Part shown: positions 23,485 through 33,599 of the stretch, one piece after another | Layout: each line of letters opens with the position of its first letter | Position numbering within the stretch: position 1 is the first letter of the stretch | NCBI GenBank assembly: GCA_963748815.1 | Contig: CAVVKJ010000010.1 | Coordinates: 448,001 to 512,000 of the forward strand | Direction of reading: 5' to 3' | Length of the DNA: 64,000 nucleotides | DNA from: an uncultured Gemmatimonadales bacterium | GTDB lineage: Bacteria > Gemmatimonadota > Gemmatimonadetes > Gemmatimonadales > GWC2-71-9 | Notes under the pieces: generated by a model | What the model saw: only the letters and a program-made list of their open reading frames with translations | The model's database searches: none | What the model was told of the DNA's origin: nothing | Position numbers and translations under genes: made by a program

Positions 23485-24652
23485 CCGGCTGCTCTACCTC
23501 CTCGAACCGATCGACCCCGGCGCCGAGTGGGCGCCGTTCGCCGGGGTGCGCCCGGTGGCCGAATTGCGCGCCGGGGTGTGGCGGATTCGGGAGCGATGGG
23601 AAGGGATCCTCGACGCGGAAACGGCCGCGATTCTCGGCGACCATTGCGCCGGCTTCTTCGAAGGGGCGGAGCCGCCGGTCCAGCCGCTCGCGCCGGTGGA
23701 CGGGCCGTGCCTTGTGGCCGCCAGCTGGTTTGCCCCGTCGGGCGAGCCGCTGGAGCTCGACCCGGCCGCGCGCCGCCTCACCCACGACGGGATGACGGTC
23801 GGGTGGGTCGTGGCGGCCGGCGAACGGTGGGAGGGGCCGGACGAAGCGGGCGACGCGCAGGAGATTGACGGCCTCGTGCTGCATGGCGCGCACGACATCC
23901 TTACCGCCCTCGAGCACCTCCTCCCCGCCGACTGCGCCGATTTCCTGGCGCACCGGGGCGACGACCTTCCGGGCGGATCCATCGTCATCGGCGAGCCGTC
24001 GGAGGTGGTCATCCTCGGCGGGTTCGTCGAGCCGGGCGTCGTGTTCGACACCCGCGGCGGCGGGATCGTCATCGACGAGGCGGCGCAGGTGCGGAGCGGC
24101 GCGCGGCTCGAGGGACCGCTCTACGTCGGCCCCCAGACCATCATCCTCGGCGGCGACGTGCGCGGATCGGTCTTCGGACCCCAGTGCCGGGTGCGGGGCG
24201 AGGTCAGCGCCTGCGTCTTCCACGGATACGTCAACAAGGCGCACGACGGATTCGTCGGGCACAGCGTGCTCGGGGCCTGGGTCAACCTCGGGGCCGGCAC
24301 GACCACGTCCAACCTGAAGAACACCTACGGCAAAATCCGGCTGGAAGCCGCGGGTGTGCGCATCGAGACGGAGCGCCAGTTCCTCGGCAGCCTGATCGCC
24401 GACCACGCCAAGACCGCCATCGGCACGATGCTCGGCACCGGGACCATCATCGGGGCCGGCGCCAACGTCTTCGGTGGCGCCGTGCCGAAATGGGTGCGCC
24501 CCTTCGCCTGGGGGCTGGGCGGAGTGGAGCGCGTGACCGAAGCCGGTTTCCTCGAGATCGCGGGACGGGTGCTCCCCCGCCGTCAGGTCGAACTCACTCC
24601 GGAACGGTCGGCGGCGCTCACCGCCACCTACCGGCGCCTGACGGGGTCGTGA
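23477..24652 (+). CDS. Putative sugar nucleotidyltransferase with hexapeptide (LbH) domain, GlmU-like
   Basis: RPVAELRAG, NKAHDGFVGHSVLGAWVNLGAGTTTSNLKNTY. Confidence 0.8.
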   Translation: MSDRLLYLLEPIDPGAEWAPFAGVRPVAELRAGVWRIRERWEGILDAETAAILGDHCAGFFEGAEPPVQPLAPVDGPCLVAASWFAPSGEPLELDPAARRLTHDGMTVGWVVAAGERWEGPDEAGDAQEIDGLVLHGAHDILTALEHLLPADCADFLAHRGDDLPGGSIVIGEPSEVVILGGFVEPGVVFDTRGGGIVIDEAAQVRSGARLEGPLYVGPQTIILGGDVRGSVFGPQCRVRGEVSACVFHGYVNKAHDGFVGHSVLGAWVNLGAGTTTSNLKNTYGKIRLEAAGVRIETERQFLGSLIADHAKTAIGTMLGTGTIIGAGANVFGGAVPKWVRPFAWGLGGVERVTEAGFLEIAGRVLPRRQVELTPERSAALTATYRRLTGS

Positions 24653-25455
24653 CCCGCCTCGTCGTCCTCGGCTCCGGTTCCAAGGGGAACGCCCTCGCCA
24701 TCGAGCACGCCGGCGAGACGCTGCTGGTGGACGTCGGGTTCAGCGCCCGGGAGGTCCGCCGCCGCGCCGCCGTCGCGTCCGTCTCCCTCGACCGGGTCGT
24801 CGGGATCGCCCTGACCCACGAGCACGGCGACCACACCGCTGGCGCGGCCCTGCTCGCCCGCGACCTCGAGGCGCCCGTCATCTGCACCGGCGGCACCTGG
24901 AGCCGGCTCCGTCCCCGGCTCGGCAAGGCGGACCATGCGGCGCTGTCGATGACGACGGTGGTCGAGGTCGGCCCCTTCCGCATCGAGGCGGCCGACATCA
25001 GTCACGACGCGCTCGAGCCGGTGGCCATCGCCGTCTCCACGGCCTCCGCAAGCATCGGCGTGGCGTATGACCTCGGACGGCCCACCGCCGCCGTCCGCTA
25101 TCTCCTCCGCGACCGCACCGCCCTCGTGCTCGAAGCGAATCACGACGACGTGCTGCTGCGCACCAGCGGGTACCCGGCGGCGGTGCAGCAGCGCATCGCC
25201 GGCGCCGGCGGCCACCTCTCCAATCGCGTGGCGGCGGAACTCCTCGCCGAGCTCGTCCATCCGGACCTCGCCATTGTGGTGCTCGCGCACCTGAGCGCAC
25301 GATGCAACACGCGCGCGCACGCGCACGACGCCGTGGCGCCGGCGCTGGAGGCCGCCGGGTTCACCGGGGAGCTCCACGTGGCGTCACAGGACGATCCGAC
25401 CGGGCCGTTCAGCTTTGCCCCCAAGGTGACGCAGGCCACTCTCTCGCTCGGCTGA
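24649..25455 (+). CDS. MBL-fold metallohydrolase (YycJ/WalJ-like)
   Basis: LGSGSKGN, THEHGDH, SHDA, LEANHD, GHLSN, LAHLS. Confidence 0.88.
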   Translation: MTRLVVLGSGSKGNALAIEHAGETLLVDVGFSAREVRRRAAVASVSLDRVVGIALTHEHGDHTAGAALLARDLEAPVICTGGTWSRLRPRLGKADHAALSMTTVVEVGPFRIEAADISHDALEPVAIAVSTASASIGVAYDLGRPTAAVRYLLRDRTALVLEANHDDVLLRTSGYPAAVQQRIAGAGGHLSNRVAAELLAELVHPDLAIVVLAHLSARCNTRAHAHDAVAPALEAAGFTGELHVASQDDPTGPFSFAPKVTQATLSLG

Positions 25456-25491
25456 ATCACTCGACGAAGCCATCCGGGACCACCACGCGAA

Positions 25492-25519
25492 ACGGGGGCG
25501 ACCACCTGGTCGCCCCCGT
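25492..25519. terminator. Palindromic hairpin, copy 1 (terminator/REP-like)
   Basis: ACGGGGGCGACCA-CC-TGGTCGCCCCCGT between convergent genes. Confidence 0.65.
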
Positions 25520-25542
25520 CGCATGTCCGTGCGTGAGTTGCC

Positions 25543-26196
25543 CTACTGCTGGAACGCCTGGCTGGCCGCCTGTGTCTTCTTGGCGCCGAGCGGGATGCCC
25601 AGCCCGAGGCCGAGGAGAATGTCGTTCTGCCGGAGCTCACCGGTTTCCACCGTGCCGTCGGAGAATTGCGCCCCGTAGATGTAGTCGGTGGCCGAGAGGT
25701 TGAGGCTCATGATCCCGAGATTGAAGCCGACGGTCGCGCCGGCCAGCCCGCCGAAGTCGGTGGTGCCAGTCCAGCCCTCGTACGCCTGCCCGCTCCGGCT
25801 CACCACGCTGCCGCCTCCGCTCAACGAGATCCACACCGGGCTGGTGGGCTTGATGAGGTACACGGTGATGTTGGCGTTTCCGAAGAAGAGATTGGCGTCC
25901 GACTGCGACCACGATCCGTCGCCGCCGATGGTGCCGCTCAACTGGCTCGGCACGTAGGAGCCGGCCAACACCAGCCCGACGCGGGAACTGAGCCCGACGC
26001 CGAGGTTGGCGCCGAGGGCGAGGCCGACGTCCTGCTTGAAGTTGGCGATGCTGTCGGTCCCGACCACGACGTCGACGAGGTTGGACGTTGGCAGGTAGGC
26101 GCCGACGGTTGGGCTGAACGAGACCTGCGCGGCGACCGGCACGGCGGTGCCGAGTGCGAGGAGCGCGATCGCGGCGCAGTGGCGTAGGCGGAACAT
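25543..26196 (-). CDS. Exported outer-membrane beta-barrel-like protein
   Basis: Signal peptide ending VAAQ; Gly/aromatic-rich alternating strands. Confidence 0.7.
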   Translation of the reverse strand: MFRLRHCAAIALLALGTAVPVAAQVSFSPTVGAYLPTSNLVDVVVGTDSIANFKQDVGLALGANLGVGLSSRVGLVLAGSYVPSQLSGTIGGDGSWSQSDANLFFGNANITVYLIKPTSPVWISLSGGGSVVSRSGQAYEGWTGTTDFGGLAGATVGFNLGIMSLNLSATDYIYGAQFSDGTVETGELRQNDILLGLGLGIPLGAKKTQAASQAFQQ

Positions 26197-26354
26197 GATT
26201 TCCTCCGATGTGGGTCGCGGCGATGCCAGGCAGAGGGTTGCCCCCGGCCACGACGGACGGTCTGTCGGAGGTGCAAGTCTGGGTCCGGCGCCCTTCGTCC
26301 TCGCGAGGAGCATCGTCAAGTTCTTTTCCCACAAAGGCTTAGGACACAACGCAA

Positions 26355-26382
26355 CAGGGGGCGACCAGCTGGTCGCCCCCTG
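26355..26382. terminator. Palindromic hairpin, copy 2 (terminator/REP-like)
   Basis: Perfect 28-nt palindrome CAGGGGGCGACCAGCTGGTCGCCCCCTG, T-rich downstream on the minus strand. Confidence 0.65.
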
Positions 26383-26426
26383 ACTCCCCGATGAGCGTCC
26401 TTGCGGATCGCGGCGGTATTCCGGAG

Positions 26427-26849
26427 CTATTCCTTGTCCGGATCCGGGGGCACCGGGATGCTGTCCGGCCGCGGCGTCGGCGGCCCGGTGCGCTTCAGGG
26501 TAATCGGCTCGCTCAGGTCGCCGCCGGAGAGGGTGAGCTTGTCGCCCTTGAGCTTCATCCGGTACGTCTCCCACTCGCCACCGAGGGCAATCATGATCCG
26601 GTTCTCCTCGGGGAGGCGCCAGCGAACCGTTTCCTTGCCCCACGAGGCGCTGCTGTCGGCGCGGATGATGACCTCGCGCGGGCCCTTGCCCGCCACGGAG
26701 GAGGCGTCCACCTGCCAGGTCCCCTGGACCGCGGGCGCTGGGGTGGACTTCGACTGGGCCGCGGCGCCGGCCGGGATGAGGGATACGGCGGCGAGCAGGA
26801 GGATGCCAAGGCGCATGGGACGAGACACCGGGTCGGGGTAAGCGTTCAT
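26427..26849 (-). CDS. Small exported hypothetical protein (lipocalin-like GTW motif)
   Basis: Signal peptide, VQGTWQV motif; alternative start 26816. Confidence 0.65.
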   Translation of the reverse strand: MNAYPDPVSRPMRLGILLLAAVSLIPAGAAAQSKSTPAPAVQGTWQVDASSVAGKGPREVIIRADSSASWGKETVRWRLPEENRIMIALGGEWETYRMKLKGDKLTLSGGDLSEPITLKRTGPPTPRPDSIPVPPDPDKE

Positions 26850-26865
26850 GGCTCAACAATAACCG

Positions 26866-26898
26866 CAAGACAAAGCGGGCGCACCGGAGTGCGCCCGC
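26866..26898 (-). terminator. groEL intrinsic terminator
   Basis: GCGGGCGCAC-TCCG-GTGCGCCCGC followed by TTTGTCTT on the minus strand. Confidence 0.75.
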
Positions 26899-26922
26899 CT
26901 GGTCCACGTGAGCGGGTGGGGA

Positions 26923-28559
<1,637 letters not shown>

Positions 28560-28591
28560 GTCGTGACTCTCCTGGAATGTGTGGCGGACGC

Positions 28592-28906
28592 TCAGCCGAT
28601 CTTGGCGAGGATGTCCGAGGCCTTGATGATGATGACTTCGTCGTCGTCGAGCTGGAACGGCGTCCCGCTGTACTTGCCGTAGATGACCTTGTCACCGACG
28701 GCGAGGTCCATCGGCACCCGGGCGCCCTTGTCCATCCGGCCCGGACCGACGGCGATCACGGAACCCTGGGTCGGCTTCTCCTTGGCGGTGTCGGGGATGT
28801 ACAGCCCGCCGCGCATGCTCTCGGCTTCGTCGGTCGGCATGATGACGACGCGGTCTTCGAGCGGCTTGATGCTGACCTTCGTCTTGCTCTTGGTCGCAGT
28901 GGACAT
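28592..28906 (-). CDS. groES: Co-chaperonin GroES
   Basis: [31 protein letters not shown]. Confidence 0.97.
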   Translation of the reverse strand: MSTATKSKTKVSIKPLEDRVVIMPTDEAESMRGGLYIPDTAKEKPTQGSVIAVGPGRMDKGARVPMDLAVGDKVIYGKYSGTPFQLDDDEVIIIKASDILAKIG

Positions 28907-28960
28907 TTCCTGCCTCCAGCAACGTGAATGTGGTGGTGTAAAATATGGCGTGGCAACAGA

Positions 28961-28987
28961 TTAGCACTCTAGCTTGCCGAGTGCCAG
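28961..28987. promoter_or_regulatory. CIRCE element (HrcA operator) 1
   Basis: TTAGCACTC-N9-GAGTGCCAG. Confidence 0.9.
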
Positions 28988-28996
28988 AACACCGGA

Positions 28997-29024
28997 AACG
29001 TAACCCGAATGCGCCCGATGTCAA
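28997..29024 (-). promoter_or_regulatory. groESL promoter
   Basis: TTGACA-N16-TACGTT between the two CIRCE boxes. Confidence 0.65.
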
Positions 29025-29041
29025 GCGTTCAGGCACCGGAG

Positions 29042-29068
29042 TTGGCAATCACCGGGCCAGAGTGCTAA
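29042..29068. promoter_or_regulatory. CIRCE element (HrcA operator) 2
   Basis: TTGGCAATC-N9-GAGTGCTAA. Confidence 0.85.
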
Positions 29069-29231
29069 GCCAGAATGACAGGAATTCCGGAGCCCATCGG
29101 ACCTCTCGCTTGCCGAGGCGACCGACCCCCTGCCATCCAGACAATTCAGATGTTCTTCACGCTTTTTCCGGCATCCGGTTGCGACTATGCTTACGCCGCG
29201 ATCCTCCTTCGCCCGCAACAGGACACTGACC

Positions 29232-30278
29232 ATGCTGACGACCACGCTCGCCCTCCTTCTCCTCGCCCCCCAGGCGCCGGACTCCGGCCCGACGATTCGG
29301 GTAACGGTCGATTCCGCACGCAAGGAAGTGGTGGTCACCGCCGGCCCCTTCACCATCGCGCACATGCCGCCGAACATGGATCACGGCATGATGCACGAGA
29401 TGGCCGGCACCACCACGCCGCTGCTCCGCTTCGAGTGGCCGATGGAGGCGTGGTTCCGCGGCTTCGACATCGCGGTGACCGACGCGAACGGCGCTCCCCT
29501 CGGCAGCACACTCGTCCACCACCTCAACATCATGAACTTCAATCGGCGCCAGCTCCTCTACCCCGCCGTCGAGCGGATGGTGGCGGCGGGCTCCGAGACC
29601 GGCAGCGTCAGCATTCCCAAGACGATCGGCATGCCGATGGAACCGGGCTTCCAACTCGCCATGTACGCGGCGTGGAACAACCTGGGCGACGTCGACATCG
29701 AGGGGGCCTGGCTCACGGTCCGGCTGGCGTGGAGCCCGGAAAACCTGGCGCCCCGCCCCCGGACCATCCTGCCCATCTACATGGACGTGAACTACAACCG
29801 CGTCACCGACTCCTACGACCTCCCCGCGGGACGCTCGTCGAAGTCGTACGAGTTCACCATGCCGTTGAGCGGCCGGGTGCTGGCCATCGGCGGCCACGTG
29901 CACGATTACGCGGAGTTCGTGTCGCTGGAGGAAGTCGAGAGCGGGAAGACCGTCATCATGCTGAAGGCGGAGACCGCCCCGTCCGGCCTCCTCCTCAAGA
30001 TGCCGCGGAAATACTACGGCATCCGGGGGGACGGGCTCAAGCTGACCGCGGGGAAGAAATATCGGGTGCGGGCAGACTACAACAACGTGACGGGCAAGAT
30101 GATCCCGAGCGGGGCGATGGGGCTGCTCGCCGGCGCCTTCGCCCCCGACGACCTGGCAGAGTGGCCGGCGCTCGACCCGACCAACCCGGACATCGACGCG
30201 GACATTGAAATGCTGGAGAAGATCGGGAAGCCGTCAGGAATGGAGGGGATGGACCACGAGCATATGAATCACGAGTAG
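29232..30278 (+). CDS. Exported His/Met-rich protein, copper type II monooxygenase (PHM)-like
   Basis: Signal peptide, LVHHLNI, IGGHVHDY, GAMG, His/Met-rich segments at both ends. Confidence 0.6.
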   Translation: MLTTTLALLLLAPQAPDSGPTIRVTVDSARKEVVVTAGPFTIAHMPPNMDHGMMHEMAGTTTPLLRFEWPMEAWFRGFDIAVTDANGAPLGSTLVHHLNIMNFNRRQLLYPAVERMVAAGSETGSVSIPKTIGMPMEPGFQLAMYAAWNNLGDVDIEGAWLTVRLAWSPENLAPRPRTILPIYMDVNYNRVTDSYDLPAGRSSKSYEFTMPLSGRVLAIGGHVHDYAEFVSLEEVESGKTVIMLKAETAPSGLLLKMPRKYYGIRGDGLKLTAGKKYRVRADYNNVTGKMIPSGAMGLLAGAFAPDDLAEWPALDPTNPDIDADIEMLEKIGKPSGMEGMDHEHMNHE

Positions 30279-30292
30279 GGGCGCGCCCCTAC
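30275..30292. repeat. Perfect palindrome containing both stop codons of convergent genes
   Basis: GTAGGGGCGCGCCCCTAC. Confidence 0.6.
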
Positions 30293-31266
30293 GCCGGCAC
30301 CACCCGCCGTGCGCCGACCCACCGATCCCACCACCACTTGCCATAGGGATCGGTGGCGCTGAGGACGCTCTTCTGCACGCCGTTGGTGGCGCTGTGAATG
30401 AACTCGCCGCCGCCCAGGTACAGCCCCACATGCGACACCGTGGATCCCCCCGCCCCGCTCGAGAAGGTCAGGATGTCCCCCGGCGCCAGCGACGCCAGGT
30501 TTCGCTCGACCGCGGCACCCTGCCTCGCCTGGTCCGCGCTCGTCCTCGGAAGCGACACGCCGTGCGCGCCAAATGAATACTGAATCAGCCCCGAGCAGTC
30601 GAACCCGTTGGCACTGCTCCCGCCCCAGGCGTACGGCGTCCCCATCACGCCCAGCGCCGTCTCCACCACCGACATGGCCAGGGGAGTGCCCGGCACCCCT
30701 GCCGGCGGAGTCGAGGTGGTCGAACTCGAGCTCGTCGTCGATGACGGTGGAGGCGTCGTGGCCGCCGCGGTCTTCCGCCGCATTCCGCCGCCCAGCCGGA
30801 CGCCGACCTGCACTCCTTCGTTCCCGCCCTGCGTCAGCCCCACCCAGCGGGCCTCGGCCCCCAGCCCCACGGCCTTGAAGATCCGGAAGTCGTAGCCGAG
30901 CCCAACGGAGTAGTTGCCGTAGAACACATCGGCGCCGTTGAAGCCGAATCCCCCGCCGACGCCGCCGACGACGTACACCCCAGGGTTTGCCCCGCGCCAG
31001 AGGCTCAGGTCGAGCCCCAGGCCGACCAGGTCGCCACCGCCGTCGTTTTCGGGCGACCACCAGGAGGCGGAGATGGTCGTGGAGAGCACCGAGCTGAGCC
31101 GTCGGGAGGTCCCGATGCTCCAGATCCAGTAGGTCTCCGGCGATCCCGAGTACCAGGAGACGCCGCCGCCGAAGCCCTGGGCCTCGGCGGAACCGGTCCC
31201 CAGCAGCATCGTGGCCCCGAGGAGACCGAGCACCACCCGCAGCACGGCCCGCCGGCGCACGCTCAC
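30289..31266 (-). CDS. NlpC/P60 (C40) peptidase fused to an N-terminal beta-barrel-like domain
   Basis: Signal peptide ending AEAQ, beta-strand-like region, S/T/P linker, GTPYAWGG, FDCSGL, LPRTS, SHVGLY, FIHS. Confidence 0.85.
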   Translation of the reverse strand: MSVRRRAVLRVVLGLLGATMLLGTGSAEAQGFGGGVSWYSGSPETYWIWSIGTSRRLSSVLSTTISASWWSPENDGGGDLVGLGLDLSLWRGANPGVYVVGGVGGGFGFNGADVFYGNYSVGLGYDFRIFKAVGLGAEARWVGLTQGGNEGVQVGVRLGGGMRRKTAAATTPPPSSTTSSSSTTSTPPAGVPGTPLAMSVVETALGVMGTPYAWGGSSANGFDCSGLIQYSFGAHGVSLPRTSADQARQGAAVERNLASLAPGDILTFSSGAGGSTVSHVGLYLGGGEFIHSATNGVQKSVLSATDPYGKWWWDRWVGARRVVPA

Positions 31267-31663
31267 TTGACCCGCGTCGGGGTGCCAGTGCGCAAGTTCA
31301 CCTCGTAGGTGTTGCCGGGCCGACAGTGCAGCCAGATGCGGGCGCGGATCGTGGAGTCGTTGACCAGTTCGGGCACCGCGCCGGTCATGAGCAGCGGGAC
31401 GAGCGTCCGGGTGCTGTCGCGGACGATGACCAGCCCACGTTCCGTGCAGGTTGCGCCCGCCGAATCGGTGCCGATCCGCGCCCCGGCGAACCAGACCGTC
31501 ACACCGTGGGGCGCGTTCAGCGCCAGCGAGTCGGGAAGAGTTGGAAAGGCGCTGGATGCGGAAGCCGAGTCGGCGGCGGCCGGCGGCGGCGGGGCGGCTC
31601 GCCACCGCATGCGTGGAGAGCGAGGAGTGAGAGCGCCAGGGCGAACGGGTGACGATTCTTCAC
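31263..31663 (-). CDS. Small lipoprotein (apparent frameshift near 31590)
   Basis: MKNRHPFALALSLLALHA-C lipobox; continues in another frame as PPPPAAADS...VWFAG..C..C. 401 nt (3n+2). Confidence 0.6.
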
Positions 31664-31963
31664 TCCGGTTCGTCGCTCGCGGCGGGCCGACTCCTGGGCG
31701 GCGACCTCGGGGGTGCCGTCGGGCAGGACGTGGAGGGCGTGCTGCAGCCTCGGCGAGTGGCGCAGCGCCCGGAGCCAGTAGTGCACGGTGACGTACCCCG
31801 CCGCCCCCCCGAGGAGAATCGTCAGGGCGACACCGTGGATCGGGTTGGGGAGGAGGGCGGCAAGCACGGTGCCGACCAGGGCACCAAAGAAAGCGGCTGC
31901 CAACGCCACGATCGGCGTCAGCAGCCATCCGGAGGCGCGAAGGAAAATGATCTTCGCGCGCAT
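31660..31963 (-). CDS. Small 2-TM membrane protein (apparent frameshift near 31685)
   Basis: Two hydrophobic helices. Removing one base yields ...AAASDEPE-stop overlapping the next GTG. Confidence 0.55.
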
Positions 31964-31967
31964 CGCC

Positions 31968-32594
31968 TCAGCTGCGCCGGCCGGTGACGGCTCCCAGGAC
32001 CGCGGTGAGTGTCACACCGGGCAGGAAGGCTACGCCGAAGGATCCCAGGTTCCAGCCGGCGCCCGGGAAGTGCACCAGCACCGCGAGCACCCAGCAGACG
32101 ACCGCCAGGACCAGCGCCGTCACCATCCCCTTGGGAATGGAGACCGCTCCCCCGCGCGCCTGGCTCGCGAGGATCTGGGCCCCCATCCACGGCAGGTAGG
32201 TGCCGACCATCCACCAGACGGGGTGGTACCACCAGTTGCTCCCGCCGCCGATTTCCCGCCAGCGGTTGGTGTACATCCCGGCCGGCTGGAGGACGGAGAC
32301 GTCGATCACGAGGAAGACCACCGTCGCGGCGAGCCCGAGACCCGCGGCGCCGGCGATGCCCTCGATGGTCCGCGGCTTGGTCCAGTTGCCCGGCAGGAAC
32401 GTCACCGCCGCAAGGCCCGCCACCAGCACCAGGGCGCCAAGACCGAACTCGGCGCCGCCGGCCAGGTACCGGGTGATGAACGACATCGCCACCACGACCG
32501 CGGCGGTGATGACGCCCAGCGTGACCGCCGAGCGGAGGACGTAGGGCAGGTCGGTCAGGTCGGTGCCTGACGCGGCGCGAACGGCGGAACTCAT
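31968..32594 (-). CDS. Multi-pass membrane protein of unknown function
   Basis: About 6 hydrophobic segments; Trp-rich loop NRWREIGGGSNWWYHPVWWM. Confidence 0.75.
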   Translation of the reverse strand: MSSAVRAASGTDLTDLPYVLRSAVTLGVITAAVVVAMSFITRYLAGGAEFGLGALVLVAGLAAVTFLPGNWTKPRTIEGIAGAAGLGLAATVVFLVIDVSVLQPAGMYTNRWREIGGGSNWWYHPVWWMVGTYLPWMGAQILASQARGGAVSIPKGMVTALVLAVVCWVLAVLVHFPGAGWNLGSFGVAFLPGVTLTAVLGAVTGRRS

Positions 32595-32657
32595 GCCGAC
32601 TCCCGGAGAGTGTGGAAGGCCGAATAATAGCGGGCGGCCGACCATCCGGCCAAGGGT

Positions 32658-33599
32658 TCAGAGCAGCCCGAATCCCAGGGCGATGGCCACGTCGGTCACG
32701 GCCCACGCGCCGAGGGCGGCGTACATCCCCCGCTGGTGCTGGTCGGGGGTCATGCCCGGCCACCGACGCAGCCACGGGAGCAGCACCGCCAGCCAGGCCA
32801 GGAACGCCACCAGGAGCAGGCCGGCGCGCCATCCCCCCCAGGCCGCCTCCGCAAACCACCCCCGCCCTGCCCCGGCCATCGCGAAAAGGGCGAACGCCGC
32901 GAGCGTCGACCCGACGGCCAGGAGGAGGCTTGCCTGCTCCCCCAGCATCAGCGCGAGCGTCTTGTCGCCGCGCCGCCGGTCCTCCTCGAACTGGTAGATC
33001 TGGGTGAGCGGATAGAGCGCCGCAAAGAGCGGGGCGAACGCGGCGAAGACCAGGAACGCCGGCCGGTCGAGGGGGCGGCCCGTCAGCGCCCACCCGGCGT
33101 ACGGCGTGAGCGCGCCGAAGCCGATCATGTTGATGATCCAGTCCATCCCGGCCACCGCCTTGAAGCGGAACGGCGGCACCGAGTAGAGCACCGACATCAC
33201 GAAGCAGACGCCGTACGCGGCGGTAAACCCGGACGGCAGCTGGAGGGAGAGCGCCCCGCCGATCAGCATCAGCGCCATGCCGAAGCTGAAGAGGTGCCGC
33301 GGGACCGGCGGCGGCTGCCGGAGGTAGCCGATGTCCCCCTCGTCCTTGTCGAACGCCGAATTGATGGCGAGGGTCCCGCCGTTCAGGCACACCACCCACA
33401 GGAGCAGCCCGACACTCGCCGTGCCGAGCGACACCCCCGCCCCCGCGGCGGCCACACCCACGGCCAGGACGTACCCGAGCGCGGTGTGGGCCGCCATGAT
33501 GGGCCATTCGGCGGGTCGGGTGTGGAGGAGGTAGTCGAACGAGGGGCCGAGCAGCCGGTAGCCGGCGCGCCGGAACGGAGACGCCGCGGCGTCGCTCAC
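32658..33599 (-). CDS. UbiA-family prenyltransferase
   Basis: Multi-TM with NSAFDKDEGD, YSVPPFRFK, QIYQFEEDRRRGDKTLA. Confidence 0.85.
   Translation of the reverse strand: MSDAAASPFRRAGYRLLGPSFDYLLHTRPAEWPIMAAHTALGYVLAVGVAAAGAGVSLGTASVGLLLWVVCLNGGTLAINSAFDKDEGDIGYLRQPPPVPRHLFSFGMALMLIGGALSLQLPSGFTAAYGVCFVMSVLYSVPPFRFKAVAGMDWIINMIGFGALTPYAGWALTGRPLDRPAFLVFAAFAPLFAALYPLTQIYQFEEDRRRGDKTLALMLGEQASLLLAVGSTLAAFALFAMAGAGRGWFAEAAWGGWRAGLLLVAFLAWLAVLLPWLRRWPGMTPDQHQRGMYAALGAWAVTDVAIALGFGLL

Noticed and set aside
26272..26288. Sigma54 promoter (GG-N10-GC with TTGCA) upstream of the barrel gene
   Set aside because: The -24 element CGGACC is a poor match to TGGCAC, so chance is likely.
31517..31963. 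Membrane protein-lipoprotein fusion ORF
   Set aside because: An internal lipobox and GTGA overlap indicate two genes disturbed by two indels.
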